From assembly GCF_963921235.1 (NCBI RefSeq), contig NC_086097.1:104162001-104226000 (forward strand): a DNA stretch of 64,000 nucleotides, in the 5' to 3' direction. Below are positions 24,151 through 36,900 of this stretch, piece by piece; the first letter of the stretch is position 1, and each line of letters starts with the position of its first letter. The stretch is from Mobula hypostoma (taxonomy: Eukaryota). The notes under the pieces were generated by a model, which ran no database searches, was not told the origin of the DNA, and saw nothing but the letters and a program-made list of their open reading frames with translations. The translations under genes were made by a program, and so were the position numbers.

Positions 24151-26108
24151 CAGCTTTGGTGTGAACTGTGATCATTACTGTTAATTGGAAGTTTGATGTG
24201 CTATTTGCTGTGGTCAGTTATGTCAAGTTATTTAGGTTTGTATTTAGGTTTCCGTAGTAGTGCTGTAGCAGTTATTTTAAAACAAACCAAAACAGCTGAG
24301 AGACTAAGCCAGGAGATTAACACTGTATGACATGCTTTCATATAACAAAGTTCCAAAGTTAGTAAAAGTACTTTTGATCCTTTATTACAAACCATCAAAG
24401 ATGAATAATCTTGTAGCGAGGGGGGAAAAGCTAACAAAACTAAATTAGCGATATAACATTCAAATTAGCGAAGTAACAAATTTAGCAGTCAAACTAACAT
24501 ATTTAAGTGCAGTTAGTGATCAAGTCAGCATTCCAATAATGTCCCAATCAGTGACCTTATTAGTGTAACGAAGCAGTCAAATAAATTTATATTCTATATG
24601 AATTTAAGCATACTAAATAGTGTTCCAATTATTGATTGAATAGTGTAACTAATTAGCCTATTTAAGTGGTCGAATATCATTCCAATTTACTGTGAACAAA
24701 AAAAAATCATTCCCAGCCACCTGTAACTCTCAACTGGACTAAACAAAACAACTAACAAAATGAGAATATGTCAGTATACTCATTGCTTCTTCCATGCTCC
24801 AATCTAATTGACAGAAAATAGATACTTGGCTCCAATGAATAGAAAATAGATACATTGCTCCTACAAGTACCATGAATGAGATTTTGCTGTCAAATTTTCC
24901 AGAATGTTGGTACCTCATTGATATTGATGTTATGTCAGCAATGTTATCATGTGCTCTATTTGTGGAATTGTCTCAACATACCTGTCGTTTTATACAACCA
25001 TATAACCATATAACAATTACAGCACAGAAACAGGCCATTCTTGGCCCTTCTAGTCCATGCCAAACTTTTACTCTTACCTAGTAGCACCGACCTGCACTCA
25101 GCCCATAACCCTTCATTCCTTTCCTGTCCATATAACTATCCAATTTAACTTTAAATGACAACATCAAATCTGCCTCAACCACTTCTGCTGGAAGCTCGTT
25201 CCACACAGCTACCACTCTCTGAGTAAAGAAGGTCCCCCTCATGTTACCCCTAAACTTTTGCCTTTTAACTCTCAACTCATGTCCTCTTGTTTGAATCTCC
25301 CCCACTCTCAATGGAAAAAAGCCTATCCACGTCAACTCTATCTATCCCCCTCATAATTTTAAATACCTCTATCAAGTCCCCCCTCAACCTTCTACGCTCC
25401 AAAGAATAAAGACCCAACTTGTTCAACCTTTCTCTGTAACTTAGACGATGAAACCCAGTTAACATTCCAGTAAATATTCTCTGTACTCTCTCGATTTTGT
25501 TGACATCTTTCCTATAATTCGGTGACCAGAACTATACACAATACTCCAAATTTGGCCTTACCAATGCCTTATACAATTTCAACATTACATCCCAACTCCT
25601 ATACTCAATGCTCTGATTAATAAAGACCAGCAAACCAAAAGCTTTCTTCACCACCCTGTCCACATGAGATTTCACCTTCAGGGAACTATGCACCATTATT
25701 CCTTGATCCCTCTGTTCTACTGCATTCTTCAATGCCCTACCATTTAACATGTATGTCCTATTTTGATTAGTCCTACCAAAATGTAGCACCTCACATTTAT
25801 CAGCATTAAACTGCATCTGCCATCTTTCAGCCCACTCTTCTAACTGGCCTAAGTCACCATGCAAGCTTTGAAAACCTACTTCATTATCCACAAATCCACC
25901 TATCTTAGTATCATCTGTATACTGACTCATCCAATTTACCACCCCATCATCCAGATCATTAACATGTATGACAAACAACATTGGACCCAGTACAGATCCT
26001 TGAGGCACACCGCTACACACCGTCCTCCAATCTGACAAACAGTTATCCACCACTACTCTCTGGCGTCTCCCATCCAACCACTGCTGAATCCATTTTACTA
26101 CTTCAATA

Positions 26109-26789
26109 GTAAAGGAGGAGGCGAAGATGGCGACGCGACGCAGCGCACGAGGCCGCTCCAGAATGATATCTGTATTTGTTGAGTAGGGTACCATGCACAA
26201 TTCTGATTTGATGGAGATGGACGTGAGAGCGTGGAGGAACATCTGGAGAAACTTCTGAAGTGCCTGCTTCGCTGCTGCTGTTACTGTGTGGTCCAGAATC
26301 TCTGGAGGAGTAGGCCTCTGAGTCCTCAGCTTTGCTTGTTTTGGTGGCTGGGTCGAGGTCGAAGGCGCTCAGCAGAGAATGGCATTCGGGAGGCTGTATC
26401 GGAGGGGCTGGTCGGAGGCTCGAAGTTTTCAGACAGACTCAGTCGGCTGTGGTCGGGTGCTTCCAATGCATCAGCAGTTGTCAGTTGTCGGTGCCTAGAG
26501 GTTTATGGCAGGGGAGTTTCTCCCTTTTTGCCGCCTGCTATCGGGGACTATAGAAATTGATCGGGACTTGAGACTTTTTTTTTACCGTGCCCATGGTCTG
26601 TTCTTTCTCAAATTATGGTATTGTTTTGCACTGCTGTAACTATATATGTTATAATTATGTGGGTTTGTCAGTGTTAGTCTTTGGTTTATCCTGTTTTTGT
26701 GTGATATCACTCTGGAGAAACATTGTATCATTTCTTAATGCATGCATTTCTAAATGACAATAAATGAGGACTGAGTGTCCTCATAATCT
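26109..26789 (+). mobile_element. Non-coding non-autonomous retroelement, copy 1
   Basis: AAGATGGCG near the 5' end; AATAAA plus ATAATCTAAT tail; colinear with 41217-41886. Confidence 0.8.
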
Positions 26790-27447
26790 AATATTAATAC
26801 CTAACAAATGAACCTTCCTAACTAACCTTCTGTGTGGGACCTTGTCAAAGGCCTTGCTGAAGTCAATATAGACAACATCCACCGCTTTACCCTCGTCAAC
26901 TTTCCTAGTAACCTCTTCAAAATATTCAGTAAGATTTGTCAACCATGACTTTCCACGCACAAATCCATGTTGACTGTTCCTAATCGGACCCTGTCTATCC
27001 AGATAATTATATATACCATCTGTAAGAATACTTTCCATCAATTTACCCACCAGTGACGTCAAACTCACAGGCCGATAATTGCCAGGTTTACTCTTAGAAC
27101 CCTTTTTAAACAATGGAACAACATGAGCAATACGCCAATCCTCCAGCGCCATTCCTGTTTCTAATGACATTTGAAATATTTCTGTCAGAACCCCTGCTAT
27201 TTCCACACTAACTTCCTTCAAGGTCCTAGAGAATATCCTGTCAGGACCCGGAGACTTATCCACTTTTATATTCCTTAAAAGCGCCAGTACTTCCTCTTCT
27301 TTAATCATCATAGTTTCCATAACCACCCTACTTGTTTCCCTTACACAATTCAATATCCTTCTCCTTAGTGAATATCAAAGAAAAGAAATTGTTCAAAATC
27401 TCCCCCATCTCTTTTGGCTCATAGCCGTCCACTCTGATTCTCTAAGG

Positions 27448-28616
27448 CAGGGGTCCCCAACCTTTTTCGCACTGCGGACCGGTTTCAAATTGACAATATT
27501 CTTGTGGACTGGCCGACCGGGGGAGGGGGGTGTAGGGTTGCCAACGGATGAGAGTAGCTGTCGAATATGCTGGGTTTACCCCGAGAAAGACTACAATGAC
27601 CGTGAAGCCTTGCACGGGCACCAGCGCACATGCGTGTACGGTTTTTTTCTACAAATCGTTTTTGGCGAATCTGTTCAGAGGGATGGAGGCGGGGTGTTAA
27701 TCACGGCTGGAATATCGGTGATAAGTGGCTAATACACTCAATTTCCTTTCTAGAAGGGTTTATCTAACGAATCTGATGTTAAACACACGGCGTATATTTT
27801 CCTCGCATAAATATAGTGATAAGTCAATTATCAGGGGAGCTTGAAGTAAGTGTTGAACGAACTTCCAGTAGAAGTGGTAGAAGCAGGTTCGATATTATCA
27901 TTTAAAGAAAAATTGGATAGCTATATGGACAGGAAAGAAATGGAGGGTTATGGGCTGAGTGCAGGTCAGTGGGACTAGGTGAGAGTAGCGTTCCGCACGG
28001 ACTAGAAGGGCTAAGATGGCCTGTTTCCATGCTGTAATTGTTATATGGTTATATATGTCAATAGCATCATAACATTTTAAGTAACGTTTGGATATTAAAC
28101 ACGCAGCGCATATTTTCCCCATATGAACATATAAAATCATTGCAACACACCAATATCGCTGAATCAGTGGGAGCCCTGGGCTTGTTTTCCTGCAAAAAGA
28201 CGGTCCGATCGAGGGGTGATGGGAGGCAGCGATACCCGAACGGGGTTCCTTGTGTCCAGTCTATTTCGCAAATCAATTTTCGTTGCATTCATTGCAGAGA
28301 TGTGTTGGGAATGGAAGCAACGTTTTCAGTGCCTTCGTGGCTATCTCAGGATTTTTAGCCTTGACTTTGATCCAGAATGCCGGCAGAGATGTTATGTCAA
28401 ACATACTTTCCAGCCTGCCGTCATTTGCAAGCTCGAGGAGTTGATCTCCTTCCCACGCTGACATGGATGACGCGCGGGTAATGACTTCGCATGCGTAATG
28501 GCTTAACAGTGGACGTGACAGGGAATGAGGAAAGGTGCAGCTGACTCCTATCACCAAATCATATCACTTCCTCGTGGCCCGGTACCGGTCCACGGCCCGG
28601 TGGTTGGGGACCGCTG
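27448..28616 (-). mobile_element. Non-autonomous hAT (Charlie/Buster-type), second copy carrying the same CR1 3' end
   Basis: TIRs CAGGGGTCCCCAACC / GGTTGGGGACCGCTG; 8-bp TSD CTCTAAGG; dimerisation-domain fragment at 28273-28557. Confidence 0.95.
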
Positions 28617-28636
28617 CTCTAAGGGACCAATTTTAT

Positions 28637-29672
28637 CATAGAAACATAGAAAATAGGTGCAGGAGTAGGCCATTCGGCCCTTCGAGCCTGCACCGCCATT
28701 TTTTATGATCATGGCTGATCATCCAACTCAGAACCCTGCCCCAGCCTTCCCTCCATACCCCCTGACCCCCGTAGCCACAAGGGCCATATCTAACTCCCTC
28801 TTAAATATAGCCAATGAACTGGCCTCAACTGTTTCCTGTGGCAGAGAATTCCACAGATTCACCACTCTCTGTGTGAAGAAGTTTTTCCTAATCTCGGTCC
28901 TAAAAGGCTTCCCCTTTATCCTCAAACTGTGGCCCCTCGTTCTGGACTTCCCCAACATCGGGAACAGTCTTCCTGCATCTAGCCTGTCCAATCCCTTTAG
29001 GATTTTATACGTTTCAATCAGATCCCCCCGCAATCTTCTAAATTCCAACGAGTACAAGCCCAGTTCATCCAGTCTTTCTTCATATGAAAGTCCTGCCATC
29101 CCAGGAATCAATCTGGTGAACCTTCTTTGTACTCCCTCTATGGCAAGGATTCCTTTCCTCGGATTAGGGGACCAAAACTGCACACAATACTCCAGGTGTG
29201 GTCTCACCAAGGCCTTGTACAACTGCAGTAGTGTCTCCCTGCTCCTGTACTCGAATCCTCTCGCTATAAATGCCAGCATACCATTCGCCTTTTTCACCGC
29301 CTGCTGTACCTGCATGCCCACTTTCAATGACTGGTGTATAATGACACCCAGGTCTCGTTGCACCTCCCCTTTTCCTAATCGGCCACTATTCACATAATAA
29401 TCTGTTTTCCTATTTTTGCCACCAAAGTGGATAACTTCACATTTATCCACATTAAATTGCATCTGCCATGAATTTGCCCATTCACCCAACCTATCCAAGT
29501 CACCCTGCATCCTCTTAGCATCCTCCTCACAGTTAACACTGCCACCCAGCTTCGTGTCATCCGCAAACTTGGAGATGCTGCATTTAATTCCCTCATCCAA
29601 GTCATTAATATATATATTGTAAACAACTGGGGTCCCAGCACTGAGCCTTGCGGTACCCCACTAGTCACCGCC
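28637..29672 (-). mobile_element. Young 5'-truncated CR1 LINE, same subfamily as 112-1640
   Basis: Open 290-aa RT C-terminal frame (28728-29600) nearly identical to the 119-1543 protein; CATAGAAA tail. Confidence 0.95.
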
Positions 29673-30227
29673 CTCACTATCCTTTTGCTATTAATACAAA
29701 ATTAAAAACTTTAAAAAAAAACAGATTGCCCTATTCACAATTTTGCAGTTGTCGGAAACATAAAGTAAAGAAGTTATGGTTCCATCTTTGGTATCTATTC
29801 AATACACATACACTGTGATTTATTTATTTATTTTTCTTCTAGATTATGTATTGCATTGAACTGCTTCTGCTAAGTTAACTAATTTCATGATACATGCTGG
29901 TGATAATAAACCTGATTCTTAACTGAGCTGGAGAAAAGCATGCAACGATAATAGATGGTCCAGAATATATACTTCACAGATGATACAGTGAAAACATTAT
30001 GTACTGAAGCCTGTATAAACTTCGATCATTTTCAATGAAGTCTTTGTAGAATGATGGCACCAGCATCAGAAGTCAGCCTGACATGAGAGGTGTAAAGAGA
30101 ACCTCTAATTGCTACGGAAATGTTTGTGTTTCTGTTTTGTACAATGCTTAATGAAGGGATCAGCATGTTTTTACTTTCATGTAGGCCCATAAATAGAAAT
30201 TTCATTCATACCAAATGACCTAGCATA

Positions 30228-30418
30228 CAGCGCCTATAAAACGTAATCACCTCCTTGGAAGTTTTCATGTTTTATTGTTTTACAACATTGAATCACAGTG
30301 GATTGAATTTGGCTTTTTAAAAAAATCCTTATTGACAGAAAAAGACTCCTTCGTGTCAGTGAAAACAGATCTGCACAAAGTGAGATCAAAGGGGTGTGAA
30401 TACTTTTTGTAGGCACTA
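30228..30418. mobile_element. Tc1-derived miniature element
   Basis: TA|CAGCGCCTATAAAA ... TTTTTGTAGGCACTA|TA; the body matches the terminal region of the Tc1 at 5955-6118. Confidence 0.8.
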
Positions 30419-30664
30419 TAGCTGTATGTCTTGCCTAATTTGGGGCAGAGCTCTTTCTTGAATGAAATAGAGCAGAATGAATGAGACCATTAGCCCTGTT
30501 GTGACTACCTGCTCTTGGAAGAGTTAAGTATTTAGTCCCAACCATGCTTGTTGACATGGTTCTGCAATGTTTTACTTTAAATATTTGTCCAGTTATCTTT
30601 TGAAGGTTATTAGGGCACTACATTTTCAATCATAAGTATTTTGTTTTCATGTTACTTCTGAATT

Positions 30665-31575
30665 TTATCTGTTATTAGGATCACTGGTATATGTTGTGAA
30701 ATTTGTTTTGCAGCAGCAGTACTTTGTAATACATCATTAAAAAACTATAAAATAGAATAAGGAGTATATATATAAAGATAAATTAGTAGTGGAAAATGAG
30801 AGGGAAGAATGTGAGTTGTGTTCATGGGTTCATTGTCTTCAGGCCCTTACCACCACCTTGATGGTAACGAGGAGAAGAGGTCATGTCCTGGGTGACGGGT
30901 GTCCTTAAATGATGGATGCTGCCTTCTTGAGGCATTGCCTTTTGAAGGCTACCTGGATGCTGAGGAGGCTAGTGCTCATGATGGAGCTGCCTGAGTTCCA
31001 ACCCTGTGCAGTGACCCATCCATACCAGACAGTGATGCAATGAATACTCTCCATGGTACAGCTGCAGAAATTTCTGAGTGTCTTTGGTGACATACCAATT
31101 TTCTTCAAACTCCTGATGAGATACAGCCACTATCGTGCCTTCTTTGTAATTGCTTTAATTTGTTGAGCCCAAGATACATCCTTGGTGATGCTGACACCCA
31201 GGAACTTGAAACTGCTCACCTTTTCTACTTCTGATCCCTCAATGAGGACTGGTGTGTGTTCTCCCAACTTCCTCTTTCTGAAGTTGACAAAGAATTTCTT
31301 GGTCTTACTATGTTGAGTGCAAGGTTGTCTTTGTGACACCTCTTGCTCCTGTATGCCTCCTAGTCACCATCTGAAATTTTGCCAACAGTCATGTAGTCGC
31401 CAAATTTATAAATGGTATTTGAGCTGTGCCTACCCAAACAATTATGGGTATAGAAAGAGTAGAGCAGTGGTCTAAGCACACGTCTTTGAGGTGTGCCAGT
31501 GTTGATTGTCAGCAAGGAGGAAATGTTATTTCCAATCTGCACTGACTGTGGTTTTCCAGTGAGTAAGTAAAGGAT
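30665..31575 (-). mobile_element. Degenerate Rex1-type LINE
   Basis: INTGTPQRRVLRPLLYSFYTHNC and SSFKFLGVSITKD remnants. Confidence 0.8.
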
Positions 31576-31895
31576 GCTGTGGCATGACCTGAAGAAGGCT
31601 GCTCATGTAAGGTATAGCAGAAATATTGATGAACTGAAACAATTCTGTATGGAGGATTAGTCTAAAATTCCTCCTAGCCATTGTACAAGTCTGATCAACA
31701 GCTACAGGAAATATTTGGTGGAGTTTCTACCAGTTATTAAAAACAAGGGTCCCTAGCCTAGACCATGAACGATTCAACAATGTGTTCAATACAGATACCA
31801 GAAGTACAATTGTTTGTGTGATTAGTTTGAGCAGACTGTGTTTGTGTGTATTGTGACTTAGATGAAGATCAAACCACACTTTGAGTAATTAATGC
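31575..31895 (+). mobile_element. Tc1 transposase C-terminal fragment
   Basis: LWHDLKKAAH...NIDELKQFCMED*SKIPPSHCTSLINSYRKYL. Confidence 0.75.
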
Positions 31896-32499
31896 CATGT
31901 ATATACAGTATTAGTGACCTGGATGAAAATGTGGATTCACAGACAATACAAAGGTCGCCAAAAGATACAGACGAGTATAGTTCAGTTACAGGTATGGGAA
32001 GAGAAATGATGGTGTTTCATCTAACCAGGTGAAAGATCAAGGTGTTGTACCTTGGGAGATGATACACAGTTAATGGCAGGACCCTAAACAACATTGATGT
32101 ACAGAGGGATCTTGGGGTCCACGTCCATAGCTCCCTGATAGCAAATAAACAGATTACTAAGATAGTAAAGGTGGTGTTTGGCATGTTTGTCTTTATTATT
32201 TGAGGTGTTGAGTTCAAGGGAAGTTATGTTGCAGCTTTATTAAACTCAGGGTAGACTGCATCTGGAGTATTACATTCAGTTCTGGTCACTCCATTATAGG
32301 AAGGATATCGAGGCTTTGGAGAGGATGCTGAACAGGTAGATGCTGCAAGGGTTCAGGTTCAAATTTATTTATCACATATACATCAAAACATACAATGAAA
32401 TGTGATGTTTGCATTAATAACCAACACAGCCCAAGTATGTGCTGGGGCAGTCCACAAGTGTCACCGCATCTTCAGGTGCCAACGTATTGTTGATTTTTG

Positions 32500-33139
32500 T
32501 TGTTCTACTCAACATCGTGACACACTAAGTTTTAAGATGGCACTGGTGAAGCTCAGTGACTAAATACTGGTGGCCAATGAAACAAAGAAAACAACTAAAT
32601 ACAACTAAATGTTAATCACATTTTTATTGATAAATGATCACTGCAAACCTCAGCCTTTAACTTCCCTTTGGACCTGGAGGTAATTTGATGCAGTTGCACC
32701 TAGGTGAGACGCTGGGGCCATTGCTGGCAGTGAGTAAAGTTCATAGGTTTGGTTAATTGAATTGGAAAGGTCGGCTACAGGCTGAATCGAGGCAGCAGGG
32801 TCCAGGCCCCGGAGCGTGTCGAAGCAAGTGAATGTGTGGACGATGGTTTAAGCGACGGGCCAGATTGAAAAGGTCAAGGTGTCACAGCCCAAGGCGAGGG
32901 ACGGACCGGTTCAGCTCACTGCTCCGAGGTGTTTATTCAGCTCTGCACTGAACTGACGGTCTGGTAGGGCTCTCTTTTGTTGACTTCAGTTCTGAATGGT
33001 ATTTGCTTGTTTTTTTCACTCTGCACATTGGGTGTTTGTCTTTACTAATGGGTTCTTTTGGGTTTCTTTGTTTTGTAGCTGCCTGTAAGTAGGCCTATCT
33101 CAAGGTTGTATAATGTATACATACTTTGAACTTTGAACT
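32500..33139 (+). mobile_element. Non-coding non-autonomous retroelement with Rex1-like tail
   Basis: AAGATGGC at 32534 and (CTTTGAA)n tail; no coding capacity seen. Confidence 0.6.
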
Positions 33140-33701
33140 ATAGCAAAACAACAACAGTAAATTCAACCCCTTTCCCACTCTTTCACCCACTCTCACACAC
33201 ACAGGCCTCTGACCACCAGTCTTCAGCCCTGGACTCTCAGATGTTGGGCCTCAAACCTCCAGTTCCTGGCTCAGACTTGCAGAACACTGAGCTCTGGACA
33301 CGCTCACCCACGGACTTCAACTTTTGGGCCTCTATCGTAGCTGGTGGTCCATTTTCCCATCCTGCTTATGAATTTCCTCTCACTCATCAATGTTCTGCTT
33401 TTATAAGGCTGACCGATGACCCATGGCATGTTGATGTCCAAGAGTGAAATACTCAGACAATGGCTATGTGCATTTACAGATGCTGTCACATGTGATCTGG
33501 AGAGTCTCAGGGATCCTTGGTACCAATCAATGTTCCACTCTGAGGAGCTTATTCACTACTCACATAATCAAGAAAACTCGGACTTCTTTTCTAATCTACA
33601 CATTCCAGTCAACTACAATTTTAAAAGTAATTATTTTTAAACAAATTTTACATTGTCAACTGAACCACTCTCACTCATTTTCAAGGAAAAAAAAGTGATC
33701 T

Positions 33702-33897
33702 TGTGGCGACCCACTTTCTGACACCCACGAACCGGCTGACGAAACAGCGCGCGCAGGCAGAGGGCCGGCAGCAAAAAGGGCGGGGAACGGGAAGGCTTTA
33801 AAGCGGGCCGCGAAGTTTGAATAAACCTCTTTCATCGCAACTCCAACTCACCGACTCCGTGTGGTTATTCTAGCGCTGTGTGTAGCACATCGCTACA
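33702..33897 (+). repeat. 5' LTR (196 bp)
   Basis: TGTGGCGA...TCGCTACA with AATAAA; direct repeat of 37708-37902. Confidence 0.97.
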
Positions 33898-33899
33898 AT

Positions 33900-33913
33900 T
33901 GGTGACCCCGACG
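33900..33913 (+). promoter_or_regulatory. Primer-binding site, tRNA-Trp
   Basis: TGGTGACCCCGACG is complementary to the vertebrate tRNA-Trp 3' end (...CGTCGGGGTCACCA). Confidence 0.88.
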
Positions 33914-33937
33914 GCCCAAACGATATTTGGACCAGAG

Positions 33938-36900
33938 ATGACAGACGCTGCATCTGTTCACGCAGTTTCGTTAGAACTGCCAAGCTTCTGGACACTGCGA
34001 CCCCATTTATGGTTCGAACAAGCAGAAGCACAATTCCACATTCGGCAGATAACCTCGGAGTCCACTCGCTACTACTACGTGCTGAGCTCCCTCGACCAGG
34101 AGACTGCTGCACAAGTTGAGGAGTTTATACAGTCGCCCCCAGAGGACGGCAAATACACAGCATTCAAAACCCTGCTCATAAGGACTTCCGGACTCTCACG
34201 GCGCGAACGAGCACGCCGCTTAATGCACCTGGATGGTTTGGGAGACAGGCCGCCGTCAGCATTAATGAACGAGATGCTGGCCCTGGCTGAAGGACACAAA
34301 CCCTGCCTCATGTTTGAGCAGGCGTTCCTAGAGCAACTGCCCGAGGACATATGACTGCTGCTGTCCGACGCAGATTTCAGCAAACCCCGGGAGGTGGCGG
34401 CCCGAGCAGATGTGCTGTGGAAGGCCAGGAAAGAGAGAGGGGCATCCGTCGCACAGATCACCAAGCCGCGTGCCCAACGACAGGCCAGACCGGGCCCGGC
34501 GGCAGAGCCTACAAAACCCGGCGACGGGAGTGAGGAGCCCAACGAACAATGGTGTTTCTACCACCAGCGGTGGGGCACGGAGGCCTGCCGCTGCAGACCG
34601 CCCTGCAAATTCCCGGGAAACGCCAAGGCCCAGCCGCTGCCGATCGCTACGGCGACTGGCCATCAGGACAGCCTCCTGTACGTCTGGGACAAACAGTCGG
34701 GACGCCGCTTTTTGGTCGACACCGGAGCGGAGATCAGCGTCTTACCTCCAACGAGTTACGACACCCGCAACAGAGAACCGGGACCCATCCTGAGGGCCGC
34801 TAATGGCAACACAATACGAACCTACGGCACCCGCACGGTGCGGCTACAGTTCAGCTCCAGCCGGTTCACGTGGGACTTCACACTGGCCGCCGTGGCCCAA
34901 CCACTGCTGGGGGCAGATTTTCTACGAGCCCACAGCCTGCTGGTTGACTTGCAAGGGAAGCGATTAGTCCACGCCAAGACTTTTCAAACGTTCTCCCTGG
35001 GTGAAGCACAGTTGCCAGCCCCACACCTGGACTCCATCACGCTGTCTGACGATGAATTCACCAGGGTCCTGGCGGATTTCCCATCAGTACTGACACCGCA
35101 GTTCACGGCAGCCATGCCCAGACACGGAGTACAGCACCACATCCCGACCCAGGGACCACCCCTCCACGCCCGTGCTCGATGGCTTCCCCCGGACAAGCTC
35201 CGACTGGCGAAGGAGGAGTTCAAGAAGATGGAGGAATTAGGGATCATACGACGGTCCGACAGCCCATGGGCCTCCCCCTTTCACATGGTGCCCAAGGCAA
35301 CGGGGGGGGCTGGAGACCATGCGGTGACTACCGCAGACTGAATGAGGCTACAACGCCAGACCGCTGCCCTGTGCCGCACATTCAAGACTTCGCAGCAAAC
35401 CTACACGGCGCAAGGATCTTTTCCAAGGTAGACCTCGTCCGGGGATACCATCAAATCCCTGTACATCCGGACGACATCCCCAAAACAGCACTTATCACCC
35501 CGTTCGGACTTTTGGAATTCCTCCGAATGCCGTTTGGTCTAAAGAACGCCGCACAGACTTTCCAGCGGCTAATGGACGCGGTGGGACGCGACCTGGACTT
35601 TGCATTCATCTATTTGGACGACATCCTCATAGCCAGCAGTAGTCGGCAGGAGCATCTGTCCCACCTCCGCCAGCCCTACTCCCGCCTGAGTGAATTCGGC
35701 CTTACAATCAATCCAGCCAAATGCCAGTTCGGACTCGACACCATCGACTTGCTGGGCCACAGGATTACTAAAGACGGGGCAACCCCGCTGCCCGCCAAGG
35801 TAGGCGCGGTCCGCCACTTCCCCCGACCCAACACAATCAAAGGCTTGCAGGAATTCGTGGGTATGGTGAATTTCTACCACCGTTTCCTCCCCTCAGCAGC
35901 CCGAACCATGCGCCCCTTGTTCACTCTAATGTCGGGTAAGGGCAAGGACATTACCTGGAACGAAGAGGCCGCAACCGCTTTCGTTAAAACCAAAGAAGCC
36001 TTGGCAAACGCCGCGATGCTAGTGCACCCCAGAACGGACGTTCCTACTGCCCTCACGGTGGACGCATCCAACACAGCAGTCGGTGGAGTGCTGGAACAAC
36101 TCATCGAGGGTCGCTGGCAACCCCTGGCGTTCTTCAGCAAACACCTACGACCACCCGAACTCAAATACAGTGCTTTCGACCGGGAGCTATTGGCACTATA
36201 CCTGGCAATCCAGCATTTCAGGTACTTCTTAGAAGGTAGGCCCTTCACCGCGTTCACAGACCACAAACTGCTTACCTTTGCGTTCACTAAGGTGTCCGAC
36301 CCCTGGTCGTCCCGCCAGCAGCGACATCTGTCCTACATCTCCGAGTACACGACGGACATCCGGTATGTCTCTGGAAAGAACAATGTCGTGGCAGACGCAC
36401 TTTCCAGACCTACCATACAGGCCCTGTCCCAGGGGGTGGACTATGCAGTGCTGGCAGAGGCACAGCAGGCAGACGCTGAGATCCTCAGTTACAGGACTGC
36501 AGTCTCCGGTTTACAGCTCCAAGACCTCCCCGTAGGCCCAGGTGAGAGGACCCTACTATGTGACGTAGCTACTGGCCAACCCCGCCCTGTCGTCCCAGCA
36601 GCCTGGCGCCGGCGGGTGTTCGAATCCATTCACAACTTAGTGCACCCCTCCATCAGGACAACTGTCCGGCTGGTCTCCAACAGGTTCGTGTGGCATGGAC
36701 TTCATAAACAGGTCAGTGAATGGGCCAAAACGTGTATGCAGTGCCAAACGGCCAAGGTGCAGCGGCACACCAAGGCTCCACCGCAGCGGTTCGAACCCAC
36801 CCGCCGGAGGTTCGACCACATCCATGTGGATATCGTGGGGCCCCTGCCAGTGTCACGAGGAGCGCGGTACCTCCTAACTATGATAGACCGGTTCACCAGA

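Larger units (their letters stand above)
24992..29697 (-). mobile_element. CR1 LINE hosting three nested insertions
   Basis: RT ORF pieces at 25277-25465, 25532-26100 and 26781-27353; (TATAACCA)n tail near 24995; flanks rejoin across the insertions. Confidence 0.88.

Noticed and set aside
24150..24990. AT-rich stretch with a short AGAAAATAGATAC duplication
   Set aside because: No termini, ORF or second copy in the window, so it cannot be classified.
28705..29397. 230-aa plus-strand ORF and similar antisense ORFs over CR1 and Gypsy
   Set aside because: These are shadow frames opposite real RT coding sequence.
33416..33698. Short ORFs upstream of the 5' LTR
   Set aside because: They lie outside the TSD-bounded element and show no recognisable domain.
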